From an uncultured cyanobacterium (GTDB lineage: Bacteria; Cyanobacteriota; Cyanobacteriia; CAKZMO01): 64,000 nucleotides of DNA. The number at the start of each line of letters is the position of its first letter. The stretch's first letter is position 1. The stretch lies in contig CAVRCJ010000013.1 in the NCBI GenBank assembly GCA_963719515.1, positions 160,001 to 224,000 of the forward strand. Reading direction: 5' to 3'. The translations under genes were made by a program, and so were the position numbers. The notes under the pieces were generated by a model. The model was given only the letters and a program-made list of their open reading frames with translations, was not told where the DNA came from and ran no database searches. Of this stretch, positions 41,401-50,192 are shown piece after piece.

Positions 41401-43334
41401 ACCTGGCTCCCCGCAGCGAGGGACAGGCTACCGTAGCGGCGCAGGCGCTAGCGATCGCGGACGTTCCGGCGGACAGTATTCGCTATGTGGAGGCCCACGG
41501 TACGGGTACGGCGTTGGGAGACCCCATCGAGATCGCCGGGCTCACCCAAGCGTTTCGCCTCAGCACGGCGGCGCGACAGTTTTGCGCCATTGGCTCGGTA
41601 AAAACCAACCTGGGCCACCTCAATATCGCCTCCGGGGTGGTGGGGTTTATCAAAGCGGCTCTAGCCCTGTACCACCGGCAGATTCCGGCCAGCCTGCACT
41701 TTACGCAGCCCAACCCGCAAATTGATTTTGCCAACAGCCCTTTTTACGTGAACGCAACGCTGGCGGACTGGCCCCAGCAGGAGACGCCCCGCCGCGCTGG
41801 CGTTAACTCTCTGGGAATTGGCGGGACGAATGTGCATGTGGTGCTGGAGGAGGCGGGTAGCCTAGAGCTTGAGGCCAGGCCGCCCGAAACCAGAATTCTT
41901 CCTCTCTCCGCCAAGTCTCCTGCTGCGCTAAGGGCCTTGGTGCAGCGATACCGAGACTATCTGGCGCAGAGCCCTGACGTCGCGTTAGCAGACCTGTGCT
42001 TCACCGCTGCCGTGGGGCGATCGCACTTCTCCCACCGGGCGGCTTTTGTTGCTGAGTCGATAGAGAGACTGCAGGCGCAGCTGCAGGACTGGCTGGCTGA
42101 CGCCAAAGACCAAACTCAGCCCTCTCAGGAGGTCCGCGGCTACGAATTAGGGGGCAGCAGGGCGAGTTCGAATCAGGCTCGCAGGCCGATCGCCTTTCTC
42201 TTCACCGGCCAAGGCGCTCAGTCCGTCAACATGGGGCGCGAGCTTTACGACACCCAGCCCGTCTTTCGCGGCGCTCTAGACCGCTGCGCCCAGCTGGCCC
42301 CCCTGCCGCTGCTAGAGCTGCTCTACCCCCGCGACGACGCTGGGGAGCACGATCAACTCGATCAAACCGTCAATACCCAGCCGGTCCTCTTCGCCGTGGA
42401 GTACGCTCTGGCTCAGCTGTGGCGCTCTTGGGGCATTCGTCCGGCGGCGGTGATGGGCCACAGCATCGGCGAATATGTGGCGGCCTGCGTGGCCGGGGTC
42501 TTTAGTTTGGAGGACGCCTTGACGCTGGTGGCGGCGCGGGGGCGGCTGATGCAGGCGCTGCCAGCGGGGGGGCAGATGGCGGCGGTGACGGCGACGGCAG
42601 CTCAGGTGGCGGCGGTGATTAAGCCGGTAGGGGCGGTGGCCATTGCGGCCTTTAATGGCCCGAAAAATACGGTGGTGTCGGGAAGCGCGGAGGCGATCGC
42701 CGCAAGTATCTCTCGCCTAGAAGATAAGGGGTACCGCTGTAAACGGCTCCAGGTTTCCCGCGCGTTCCATTCGCCGCTTATGGAGCCGGTGCTGGCGGAG
42801 TTTCACCAGATAGCGGCAGCAATGAGCTATAGCGCTCCCACAATAGAGTTGATCTCGAACGTGACGGGGGAAAGGGCGGGCGACGCGATCGCCACCCCAG
42901 ACTACTGGGTGCGCCATATTTCCCAACCGGTGCGGTTTGCGCAGGGCGTCGAAACCCTGCACCACTTGGGCTATGGCACCTTTTTAGAATGCGGCCCCCG
43001 CCCCGTTTTGCTCACCCTCGCCCAGACGGCGCTGCCCCCCGGACCACAGCGCTGGCTTCCGAGCCTGCACCCCAAGCGATCAGATACCTCACAGATTTTA
43101 GAGACGCTGGCGATTCTCTATCAGCAGGGGCAAGCCGTGGACTGGGAGGCGTTCCATCAGCGCCAGACCGGTCGCCGCATTCCGCTGCCCACCTATCCCT
43201 TCCAGCGCCAGCGCTGCTGGCTAGACCGCCCGCCCTCGCCTCCGGCTGAGCGTGCTGTGTCCCATCCTCTGCTGGGTGCCCCCATTCTCCACGCCGCATC
43301 AAAAGCTTTTTCAGCAGACGCTCACGCAGCGTGA
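38487..43334 (+). CDS. Hybrid NRPS/PKS, N-terminal part (adenylation-carrier-KS-AT); frameshifted
   Basis: TSGSTGTPKG, GWFDTGD, carrier FFELGGTSL, KS NDKD/VQTACSTS/HGTGT/GH, AT GHSIG and RAFHS; ends just after the DH start HPLLG. RBS GGAAGGAG before ATG 38487. Confidence 0.9.
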   Translation: MGQAEFAADGAQNAFSRPKAIAAGPALDPAHLPQLAAALRQAAQTGANIRYLEADGTETVQSYRMLWDEAACVAAGLASAGLGPGDFVVLNLRASAELIVALWGCLLRGCVPVPLSPPSSHQRSPVTAALQLLGSPAVVSDAALGPILSVDREGPASGSSLQLPQQLTLQSLRESGGQQPAIAPHSSQSDDPALLLLTSGSTGTPKGVVLSHQNLRASAYGMATANQLSAADVTLNWMPLSHVASLVMFHLTEVVLGCSQIHVANERILKAPLTWLDLIERYQVTVTWAPNFAYGLVNDQVEALQSAGQRWDLTSLRWMGNGAEAVVGRTARRFLQLLAPYGLKPTVVSPGYGMSETCSGIVHSHDFSLETTSDDDAFVQVGSPIPGVSVRIVDESNQPVAEEAVGRLQVRGTTVMLGYYHPPASQHLDPNAAAFTADGWFDTGDLGFLYDGLLTITGRQKDVVIVNGVNLYSHEIESVVEELDGVAASFTAACGVRSPDAVTDQLAIFFHPADQGEPAGVDTALVRQIRAQAARIGAAPAYVIPVAKAEIPKTAIGKIQRRLLSEQFAAGMFEAQVAQVAQAFRAQVGDAGPQTELEQRIAQVWQSVLQIDAVGSQDNFFELGGTSLRLMQVLHQLQRQGESGLTATTLFEYPTVALLAAHLNRSGPSQAPVPLRPRSRPAAASGIAVVGMAGRFPGAENLKDFWQNLCQGVESIARFTDDEMCAAGLDPALIQHSNYVNASPTLSGVEYFDAPFFGYSPKEAELMDPQQRLMLECAWEALETAGYDPLTYPGAIALYAGASMNTYLLNQVYPQRHRLDPNDSLEVFTLSSLGGFQATVANDKDYLTTRVSYKLNLRGPSVNVQTACSTSLVAIHLAAQSLRQGECDMALAGGVSVETPQKAGHLYQEGMILSPDGHCRAFDAQAQGTLFGSGVGLVVLKPLEAAIADRDTVYAVIKGSAVGNDGGQKVGYLAPRSEGQATVAAQALAIADVPADSIRYVEAHGTGTALGDPIEIAGLTQAFRLSTAARQFCAIGSVKTNLGHLNIASGVVGFIKAALALYHRQIPASLHFTQPNPQIDFANSPFYVNATLADWPQQETPRRAGVNSLGIGGTNVHVVLEEAGSLELEARPPETRILPLSAKSPAALRALVQRYRDYLAQSPDVALADLCFTAAVGRSHFSHRAAFVAESIERLQAQLQDWLADAKDQTQPSQEVRGYELGGSRASSNQARRPIAFLFTGQGAQSVNMGRELYDTQPVFRGALDRCAQLAPLPLLELLYPRDDAGEHDQLDQTVNTQPVLFAVEYALAQLWRSWGIRPAAVMGHSIGEYVAACVAGVFSLEDALTLVAARGRLMQALPAGGQMAAVTATAAQVAAVIKPVGAVAIAAFNGPKNTVVSGSAEAIAASISRLEDKGYRCKRLQVSRAFHSPLMEPVLAEFHQIAAAMSYSAPTIELISNVTGERAGDAIATPDYWVRHISQPVRFAQGVETLHHLGYGTFLECGPRPVLLTLAQTALPPGPQRWLPSLHPKRSDTSQILETLAILYQQGQAVDWEAFHQRQTGRRIPLPTYPFQRQRCWLDRPPSPPAERAVSHPLLGAPILHAASKAFSADAHAA

Positions 43335-46300
43335 TAGCTTCCTGCGGAATCATCAAGTTCAAGGACAAGCCGTGTTTCCGGGAGCGGCCTACTTAGAAAT
43401 GGCGCTGTCGGCTGGGGCTACGGCGCTGAAAACCCCCCACGTTCGTCTGCGCAGCGTGGCCCTGTTGCGATCGCTTCCCCTCTGCGACTCGCCCCAAACG
43501 CTACAAACTATTCTCACCCCGGAGGCTGAAGGGTACCGCTTTGAGATCTACAGCCGCCCTGATGGACGTGATTCACAGGAGGACTGGACGCTCCACTGTG
43601 AAGGGGCGATCGCCCTGGCTGAGCCCGCTGCGCCCGACCCGCTGGATGTCGAGGCGCTGAAGCAGACGCGCCCTAAGACCTGGTCAGCGGCAGAGCATTA
43701 CCGACGGGGCGAACAGCGAGGGTTGCGCTACAGCGGCCCTTTCCGCACCGTCGAGGCAATTTGGCGCAGCGAGGGCGCGGCATTAGGCCAAATTCAAAGT
43801 CCCGCTGTCGCCGCTGACTCAGCGCCCTACCATCTCCATCCTGCCCTACTCGACGCCTGCTTCCAGGGGGTGCTCGCGGCGCTACCGGAGGGCACGGATC
43901 TGTACGTCCCCATAGGAGTAGACTGCCTGCGGCGCTACCGGCCATTGCCTGAGGTGGGGGCTACGCTGTGGAGCGACGTGCGGCTCCGGGGAGATGGAGT
44001 GCAGGGGGCAGCGGTGGTGACGGCTGACGTGCGAATTGCGACCGCGGCAGGAGAGCTAGTCGCCCTTGCCTCAGGGCTGTCGGCGAAGCGAATCGAGCAG
44101 ATTGAACCGAGCCGGTCTCAGGTAGCGCCCCAGGTCGACTGGCTTTACCGGGTAAGCTGGCAGCCTGCGCCCAGGTCTACCGGTGGCTCTGCTGGCCCAT
44201 GGCTCGTGATTTCCGATTCTCCTGAAGGCTTAGAGGCGATCGCCTCTAAGCTGACTGCTAAAGGACAGACCTACGCCACGGCCCTGCTGCCCGCTGACGC
44301 CAGCGGCAGTGCTGCGTTTAAGGCTCTGCTGACGCAACAGCCGGACCTACAGGGCGTCGTCTACTGTTCCGGGCTGGCCGCTCCTACGGGATATGGGCAC
44401 CGGCTCTCCGGTACGCTGAGCGACGAGGTCAGCAAGACCTGCCAAGGAGCGCTGCACCTGGTTCAGGCCCTAGTTCAAGGCGGCCCTCCTACTCCGCGGC
44501 TGTGGCTCGTCACCTGCGGAGCACAGGCGGTTTTAGGTCACGAACCGCTGGCGGTGGCGCAATCAACCCTGTGGGGCCTGGGAAAGACAATTGCCCTAGA
44601 GCATCCCGAACTTAGAACCGTTTGCCTAGATCTTGATCCAGACTGTAGCGATCGCCAAAGGCTAAATGAGCTGGCCGCTGAGCTGGCCCTAGAGCCGGGG
44701 GCTGATGGCCAGCTTGCCCATCGGCAGGGCGATCGCTACCGGGCTAAGCTGATTGGCGGTGTTCCGCTCGCGGCCCCTGCCTTAAATGAGACGGTGACCC
44801 GCCAGCTCCAGATTGCGGCGCGGGGCACCCTAGACCATCTCGTCTGGAAGTCCGTCCCCAGGCGATCGCCCCAGATCAACGAAGTTGAAATTAGAGTACA
44901 GGCGGCTGGCCTTAACTTTCGCGACGTGCTGAATGCCCTAGACCTCTATCCCGGCGCGGGGGCATTGGGGCTGGAATGCGTCGGGGAAATCGTGGCGGTG
45001 GGCGCTGGCGTGAGCGGGGTTCGCCTCGGCGAGGCGGTGATGGCGATCGCGCCCGCTAGCTTTAGCCAGTACGTCACCGTCGCCGCTGAGCTGGTGGTCC
45101 CCAAGCCCGCAGCTCTTGCGCCTGAAGAAGCGGCAACCATCCCCACGGCGTTTCTGACCGCCTACTATGCGCTGTGCCGCTTGGGGCAACTGTTTGAGCG
45201 CCAGCCCCCCGGCAAGGTAAAGCGCGCCTTGATTCATGCCGCTGCGGGCGGGGTCGGGCAGGCCGCTGTTCAGCTGGCCCAGCAGGCCGGAGTAGAGGTC
45301 TTTGCCACCGCCTCACAGCCCAAGTGGAACTTTCTTCGTCAGCAGGGCGTTCGTCGTCTCTTTGATTCCCGCAGCCTCGACTTCGCCGCAGAGATTTTGG
45401 AGCAGACGGGCGGCGCGGGGGTAGATGTGGTGCTCAATTCTCTCTCGGATGAGGCTATTCCCAAGAGCCTGTCGACACTCACCGAGGGCGGCTGCTTTCT
45501 TGAAATCGGAAAGAAGGGGATTTGGCCTGTAGAGAGGATGGTGCAGCAGCGCCCCGACGTGGCCTATCACATCATCGATTTAGTCGTCGTCACCCAGGAG
45601 CAGCCCCGGCTGATTCAGTCGATGCTGCGCCATCTCACCGAGCAGCTCCAGGCCGGTAATCTGCACCCTCTCCCCCTGCGGGCTTTTCCCGCCGGCCAGG
45701 CGACTGCAGCTTTTCGCTGGATGCAGCAGGCAAAGCACAGGGGCAAAGTAGTGATCACGCCGCCGCGCCCAGCCGCGCCGATTCGGAATGAGGCCACGTA
45801 CCTGATTACGGGCGGCCTGGGGGCCTTGGGGCTACAGGTAGCTCGGTGGCTTATAGAGAGGGGGGCACGTCACCTGGCACTGTTGGGGCGGCAGCCCCCC
45901 TCCCCTGAGGCACGACGGAGTATTCAGCAGCTCGAAGCTGAAGCGACCGTCAGCGTCCTGCAGGCAGACGTCGCTGAAATCTCGGCGCTAGAAGCCGCTC
46001 TGCTTCAGCTGTCTGACGGCCCGCCCCTCAAAGGCGTCTTCCACCTGGCGGGACAGCTTGACGACGGCGTGCTGCTGCAGCAAACCTGGCAGCGCTTCGA
46101 AGGGGTGATGGCTCCCAAGGTTTTGGGCACTTGGCACCTGCACCAGCTGACGCGATCGCTGGCGCTAGACCACTTTGTAATGTTCTCCTCAGCGGCATCT
46201 TTGCTGGGTTCTGCCGGACAGGCCAACTATGCCGCCGCCAACGCCTTTCTAGATGCGATCGCCCATCTGCGCCATCAACAAGGTCTGCCTGCCCTCAGCA

Positions 46301-46968
46301 TCAACTGGGGGGCCTGGGACGGCATAGGGCTGGCGGCAAATTCAACCGTGGCTCAGCGGCTGGCCCGCAGCAGAGAGAAGCCTCTTCCCCCCCCAGAAGG
46401 GCTAGCAATTTTGGAGCACCTGATGGCGGCGGCAGGGATGGCTCAGGTGGGGGTTCTGCCGGGTCAGCCCTTCAAGGCGTCATCCCCCGAAGCGGCGAAG
46501 CGCGTTGGAAGCGCCGCTGATAATACCGCTGCTAATGTCGCCGACAATGTCACCTTTAGAACAGCCGCGAGGATTCAAGCTGCCGAACCCAGCCAGCGCC
46601 CTGCTCTCATAGCCGACTACCTGCGCCATCAGGTCGCCGTCGTGCTGGGCGTTAACGGAGCGCTAGACCCCAATAGCGGCTTCACCGATCTGGGCCTCGA
46701 CTCTCTCACCGCCGTCGAGCTGCGCAATCGTCTGCAGGCCGATTTGGGCTGCGCTCTGCCCGCGACCCTCAGCTATGACTACCCCACTTTGGCATCGTTA
46801 GAGAAATATTTACTCTCCAGAATCGTTGACCCTGAGGATTCATTCACAGCAGCGCCTTTATCGCGGGGCGTATCGAAGCAGCCCTCACAGGTCGACCTTG
46901 ACCGCCTTTCTGAGGCCGAAGCCGAAGCCCTGCTGCTAGAGACTCTAGATCACTTAGAGAATCAGTAG
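43252..46968 (+). CDS. PKS C-terminal part (DH-ER-KR-ACP-docking); +1 frame continuation of the upstream ORF
   Basis: DH HQVQGQAVFP and HPALLD, ER HAAAGGVG, KR GGLGALG/LDD/YAAAN, ACP LGLDSL. Confidence 0.9.
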   Translation: MLCPILCWVPPFSTPHQKLFQQTLTQRDSFLRNHQVQGQAVFPGAAYLEMALSAGATALKTPHVRLRSVALLRSLPLCDSPQTLQTILTPEAEGYRFEIYSRPDGRDSQEDWTLHCEGAIALAEPAAPDPLDVEALKQTRPKTWSAAEHYRRGEQRGLRYSGPFRTVEAIWRSEGAALGQIQSPAVAADSAPYHLHPALLDACFQGVLAALPEGTDLYVPIGVDCLRRYRPLPEVGATLWSDVRLRGDGVQGAAVVTADVRIATAAGELVALASGLSAKRIEQIEPSRSQVAPQVDWLYRVSWQPAPRSTGGSAGPWLVISDSPEGLEAIASKLTAKGQTYATALLPADASGSAAFKALLTQQPDLQGVVYCSGLAAPTGYGHRLSGTLSDEVSKTCQGALHLVQALVQGGPPTPRLWLVTCGAQAVLGHEPLAVAQSTLWGLGKTIALEHPELRTVCLDLDPDCSDRQRLNELAAELALEPGADGQLAHRQGDRYRAKLIGGVPLAAPALNETVTRQLQIAARGTLDHLVWKSVPRRSPQINEVEIRVQAAGLNFRDVLNALDLYPGAGALGLECVGEIVAVGAGVSGVRLGEAVMAIAPASFSQYVTVAAELVVPKPAALAPEEAATIPTAFLTAYYALCRLGQLFERQPPGKVKRALIHAAAGGVGQAAVQLAQQAGVEVFATASQPKWNFLRQQGVRRLFDSRSLDFAAEILEQTGGAGVDVVLNSLSDEAIPKSLSTLTEGGCFLEIGKKGIWPVERMVQQRPDVAYHIIDLVVVTQEQPRLIQSMLRHLTEQLQAGNLHPLPLRAFPAGQATAAFRWMQQAKHRGKVVITPPRPAAPIRNEATYLITGGLGALGLQVARWLIERGARHLALLGRQPPSPEARRSIQQLEAEATVSVLQADVAEISALEAALLQLSDGPPLKGVFHLAGQLDDGVLLQQTWQRFEGVMAPKVLGTWHLHQLTRSLALDHFVMFSSAASLLGSAGQANYAAANAFLDAIAHLRHQQGLPALSINWGAWDGIGLAANSTVAQRLARSREKPLPPPEGLAILEHLMAAAGMAQVGVLPGQPFKASSPEAAKRVGSAADNTAANVADNVTFRTAARIQAAEPSQRPALIADYLRHQVAVVLGVNGALDPNSGFTDLGLDSLTAVELRNRLQADLGCALPATLSYDYPTLASLEKYLLSRIVDPEDSFTAAPLSRGVSKQPSQVDLDRLSEAEAEALLLETLDHLENQ

Positions 46969-47666
46969 GGGGCAACGCCGTGGTAGCCAACGCCGTCCGG
47001 CATGATGGCAAAGTTGAGCTTGGCGTTCTCAAAATTGACGTTTTCTAGCTCAGCGTCTGAGAAATCGACATACTGCAGGTCAGCGCCAGAGAAATTGACG
47101 TTGGATAGCTTCGTTTGCCTCAAGACTGCGCCATACAGAGAGGCCCCAGAGAAGTCGCTGTTTTGAATGTGAGCAAAGCTCAGGTCGGCGTCGCGTAAAT
47201 CTGACTGCTTAAACGAGGTGTCGTCAATGCGGGCTTCTGTAAGGCTCACCTGCAGGAGCTGGGCGTCGTCAAGATTTACAGCGTCAATATCGACATCGAT
47301 GAGGTCTGCCCCCCTCAAGTTGGCCTGAAACAGGTTGGTTTGATGCAGCGTTGCCCGGTCCAGGATGGCATTGATTAAAAAAGTTTTGTTGAGGTTGGCG
47401 TGGGAGAGGTTAGCCTGCTGCAAATCTATTCGACTTAGATCGAGCTGGCTCAGGTCGCTGTGGTTTAAATCGCACTGCACACAGCTTCCCCCTGCCGAGA
47501 GGTTCTTTCTGCCAATAGAGAGGTTGAGCTGAAGCGACTGGTCCCCTGCGGCTGTCGCCTCGTTTTCGTTGAGGGGGTTTGGTCCCTGCGACAGCAGCAC
47601 CAGGACGCTAACGACGGGCAGACCGACGATGGTAGCAAAGAGGCCGATAACAACTCTGGCTTTCAT
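46962..47666 (-). CDS. Pentapeptide repeat protein with N-terminal TM/signal segment
   Basis: CVQCDL followed by A(D/N)Lxx repeats ending AIMPDG. Confidence 0.88.
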   Translation of the reverse strand: MKARVVIGLFATIVGLPVVSVLVLLSQGPNPLNENEATAAGDQSLQLNLSIGRKNLSAGGSCVQCDLNHSDLSQLDLSRIDLQQANLSHANLNKTFLINAILDRATLHQTNLFQANLRGADLIDVDIDAVNLDDAQLLQVSLTEARIDDTSFKQSDLRDADLSFAHIQNSDFSGASLYGAVLRQTKLSNVNFSGADLQYVDFSDAELENVNFENAKLNFAIMPDGVGYHGVAPY

Positions 47667-47981
47667 GTTGTGCGATTTTGGTGAGGACTGCAGTTCTCTC
47701 TTCAGGCGATCGCGAGTCTACACCGTTCTCTGGGATTGAAGCTTTCGTAAAGCTAACTTTCCGCTGTGGAAGCGCCAAAGGTGTCCTGTGCGCCATGACA
47801 TAAGGGCTGCGGTCCTGAACCACCATCAGCAGAGCGCCGCGATGGTAAAGTCGCTTACGCAAAGACATGGTCGCCCCTACGGCTGAATTCCTGATTTCGG
47901 CAGGCGCTGTTTGAGTGATGGGAATAGACCGTCAGCGCGCTTGCGAGGGCGATCGAGGCGCTGTTGTAAAGGAACTTAGAT

Positions 47982-49094
47982 ATGGATAACTCTCCTGTAG
48001 TGCGGATTTTTCTACCGGCGCTGCTGATTTCTAGCGGACTGTTTACCTGTTTGACGCTGCCGTTGGCCCTACACCGCTCCAAGTCGGTGCGAGTGAATAT
48101 CCCATTGGTCTATCAGGGGGATGTTCCGCCTATTTTTCATCCTGACAGGCGAGACATCGCCATCCGCTACGTCGGGTTCTCCATATTGATGAGCGTTGCG
48201 GCAGGCTTCACCAGCGTAGAAGTTTCTCGCAAGCGCCATCCAGACGACCCAGAAATTCTATCGGATGCAAATGGCTCAATCCTACAGAGAGACATCGCCC
48301 TCCCCGGCACTCTGCTATCCGGTCCATTCTCGGCCAGCCCAGAGACAGTGAGCCGCTCCCTCAGCACCATAAAATGCCGTATTGCCCCGATGGAAACCAG
48401 TTTTCGAGAGGGGGATTTAAGCCAGATGGACCTGACTGCAGTTGACCTCGACCGGGCTGATCTCAGTGAAGTTAACCTCAAGAGCAGCATTCTGGCCGAG
48501 GCTCAGCTGCTGCAGGCTGACTTGCGCCACGCTAACCTACAGCAGGCGGATCTGCAGCAGGCCAATCTTCAACAGGCCAACTGCGCCTACGCCGACTTGC
48601 GCCAGGCCAATTTGACGGGGGCCAACCTACAGCAGACCAGTCTCATTGGCGCTGACCTCGCCGGTGCCGATCTCACCGGAGCTCAGCTCCATCAGGCGCT
48701 CTATGACCACACGACGCAGTTTCCCGATGGCTTCGATGTTCAGCAGCATAATCTCTACTGGATTGGCCCTGAGGCTGCGCTATGGGGGCTGGATCTAAGC
48801 CACGCCAATCTCTCGGGAGTTGATCTGCAGGGAGCCAACTTAACGGGAACGGTTCTTGCCGGCTCAGATCTATGGGGAACAAACCTGGAAGGGGCAGACC
48901 TCTCCAACACGAACCTTTCGGGGGCAACGCTAACCGGCGCATCCCTTAAAGGGGCGAATCTGACCGATGCGATGCTGCGCTACGCTAATCTGACCAACGC
49001 TGATCTCACCGATACCGAAATGACCGGGGTGGATCTTGCCGATACAGTGCTGGTGGGAACGATTTTAGAGCCTGATGACGAGGTGTCGGCCTAA
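47982..49094 (+). CDS. Pentapeptide repeat protein with two N-terminal TM segments
   Basis: Two A(D/N)Lxx repeat blocks separated by YDHTTQFPDGF. Confidence 0.88.
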   Translation: MDNSPVVRIFLPALLISSGLFTCLTLPLALHRSKSVRVNIPLVYQGDVPPIFHPDRRDIAIRYVGFSILMSVAAGFTSVEVSRKRHPDDPEILSDANGSILQRDIALPGTLLSGPFSASPETVSRSLSTIKCRIAPMETSFREGDLSQMDLTAVDLDRADLSEVNLKSSILAEAQLLQADLRHANLQQADLQQANLQQANCAYADLRQANLTGANLQQTSLIGADLAGADLTGAQLHQALYDHTTQFPDGFDVQQHNLYWIGPEAALWGLDLSHANLSGVDLQGANLTGTVLAGSDLWGTNLEGADLSNTNLSGATLTGASLKGANLTDAMLRYANLTNADLTDTEMTGVDLADTVLVGTILEPDDEVSA

Positions 49095-49124
49095 GCCCCC
49101 GCCTTTCGCGGCCATGCCAGCGCT

Positions 49125-49955
49125 CTACCGGAGGAACTCCTCTGGCGTCGGAGGGGCCGTTGTGAGGCGATCGCTGGGCCGCTCTAGCGTGTTGGGGTTG
49201 GGCGACTCTGGCTGCAGCAAGTAGCGCCTCCCCCAGCCTCCATTGATATCGTGAGGCCGCTGCTGCGTGATCGCCGTACCGCCAACGGGAAGCGGTATAG
49301 CGTCAACGTAAGTGACCTCAGCGTATCTTTCTCCCTCAAAGGTTTGCCTCAGTAGCGCGTCATCTAAGCGATACTGCCGGTTGCGCAGCCGCTGCTCTAG
49401 CTCGGCCAGGTCTTTGGTAGGTGTGGGGATGGTGAGAAAGACAATCTCCTCATCGGGCACAACCGACCACCCCAAGCGATCGCCATACCCCTGCCAGCCT
49501 TCCTGAAAGTCACCACTTGGGCCAGCTTCCCACAAATCCAGGTCTGTCTGCCAAATGCCGTCGTCGACCTCTGTCACCTCGTAGTCCAGCAGCGCATAGA
49601 CGCGCCGTCCTGCTGGGTTAGAAGACACGGGCTTCGTCAGGGTCAAGTAGCGCACCGCCGCCACCCCCATCTTTGTATTTTCCGATAGCCCTGTCGTGCC
49701 AGAGACTTGGTAGCGACCTGGAGCATTGAGCTTGATCACCTCCATCTGGGCCGTTACCGCCGGAAATCTCTTTTGGACCCAGCTGGCCCTGCAGCCCTGC
49801 ATCAAAAGGAGCGCAGACGCTAGGGCGAGTTTCATCAGCTTCGCTTTCGCGGGCTTCTGTGACCGGGACTTCGAGTTCAAGGACTTCGAGTTCAAGGGCT
49901 TCGGGTTCAAGGGCTTCGGGTTCGGGGGCTTCGAGTTCACGGCGTTCAAGATCAT
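49125..49955 (-). CDS. Hypothetical putative lipoprotein divergent from the cellulose cluster
   Basis: MKLALASALLLMQGC lipobox-like segment (alternative start 49835). Confidence 0.7.
   Translation of the reverse strand: MILNAVNSKPPNPKPLNPKPLNSKSLNSKSRSQKPAKAKLMKLALASALLLMQGCRASWVQKRFPAVTAQMEVIKLNAPGRYQVSGTTGLSENTKMGVAAVRYLTLTKPVSSNPAGRRVYALLDYEVTEVDDGIWQTDLDLWEAGPSGDFQEGWQGYGDRLGWSVVPDEEIVFLTIPTPTKDLAELEQRLRNRQYRLDDALLRQTFEGERYAEVTYVDAIPLPVGGTAITQQRPHDINGGWGRRYLLQPESPNPNTLERPSDRLTTAPPTPEEFLR
49866..49940. repeat. 15-bp tandem repeat GGRCTTCGRGTTCAA x5
   Basis: Five consecutive units (last two degenerate); would encode LN(P/S)K(P/S)-like repeats on the minus strand. Confidence 0.85.
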
Positions 49956-50192
49956 TAGGATTGCCAGGAAAATGGCGATTTAGAGGTCATTGGTTTTCCA
50001 GCTATTCTCCTAGGGGCGGGGAGGGTTCAGGACTGTGGCCTGCAAAAATTTCTAACCAGTATCAGCCTACCATAGTGAGCTATTGCCTTTATTTAGTTGC
50101 TGTGAACTTGAGGTAAACTCTCGGATTTTACGGGCTAGGGCTGATCAAGTAGACAGAGCCCACTTACACTGTCCACGGCGTTCTTCGCTGCC

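Noticed and set aside
38487..46968. Olefin synthase (Ols) or a microcystin/cylindrospermopsin gene
   Set aside because: No sulfotransferase or thioesterase and no methyltransferase; DH and ER are present; none of the companion cluster genes are adjacent
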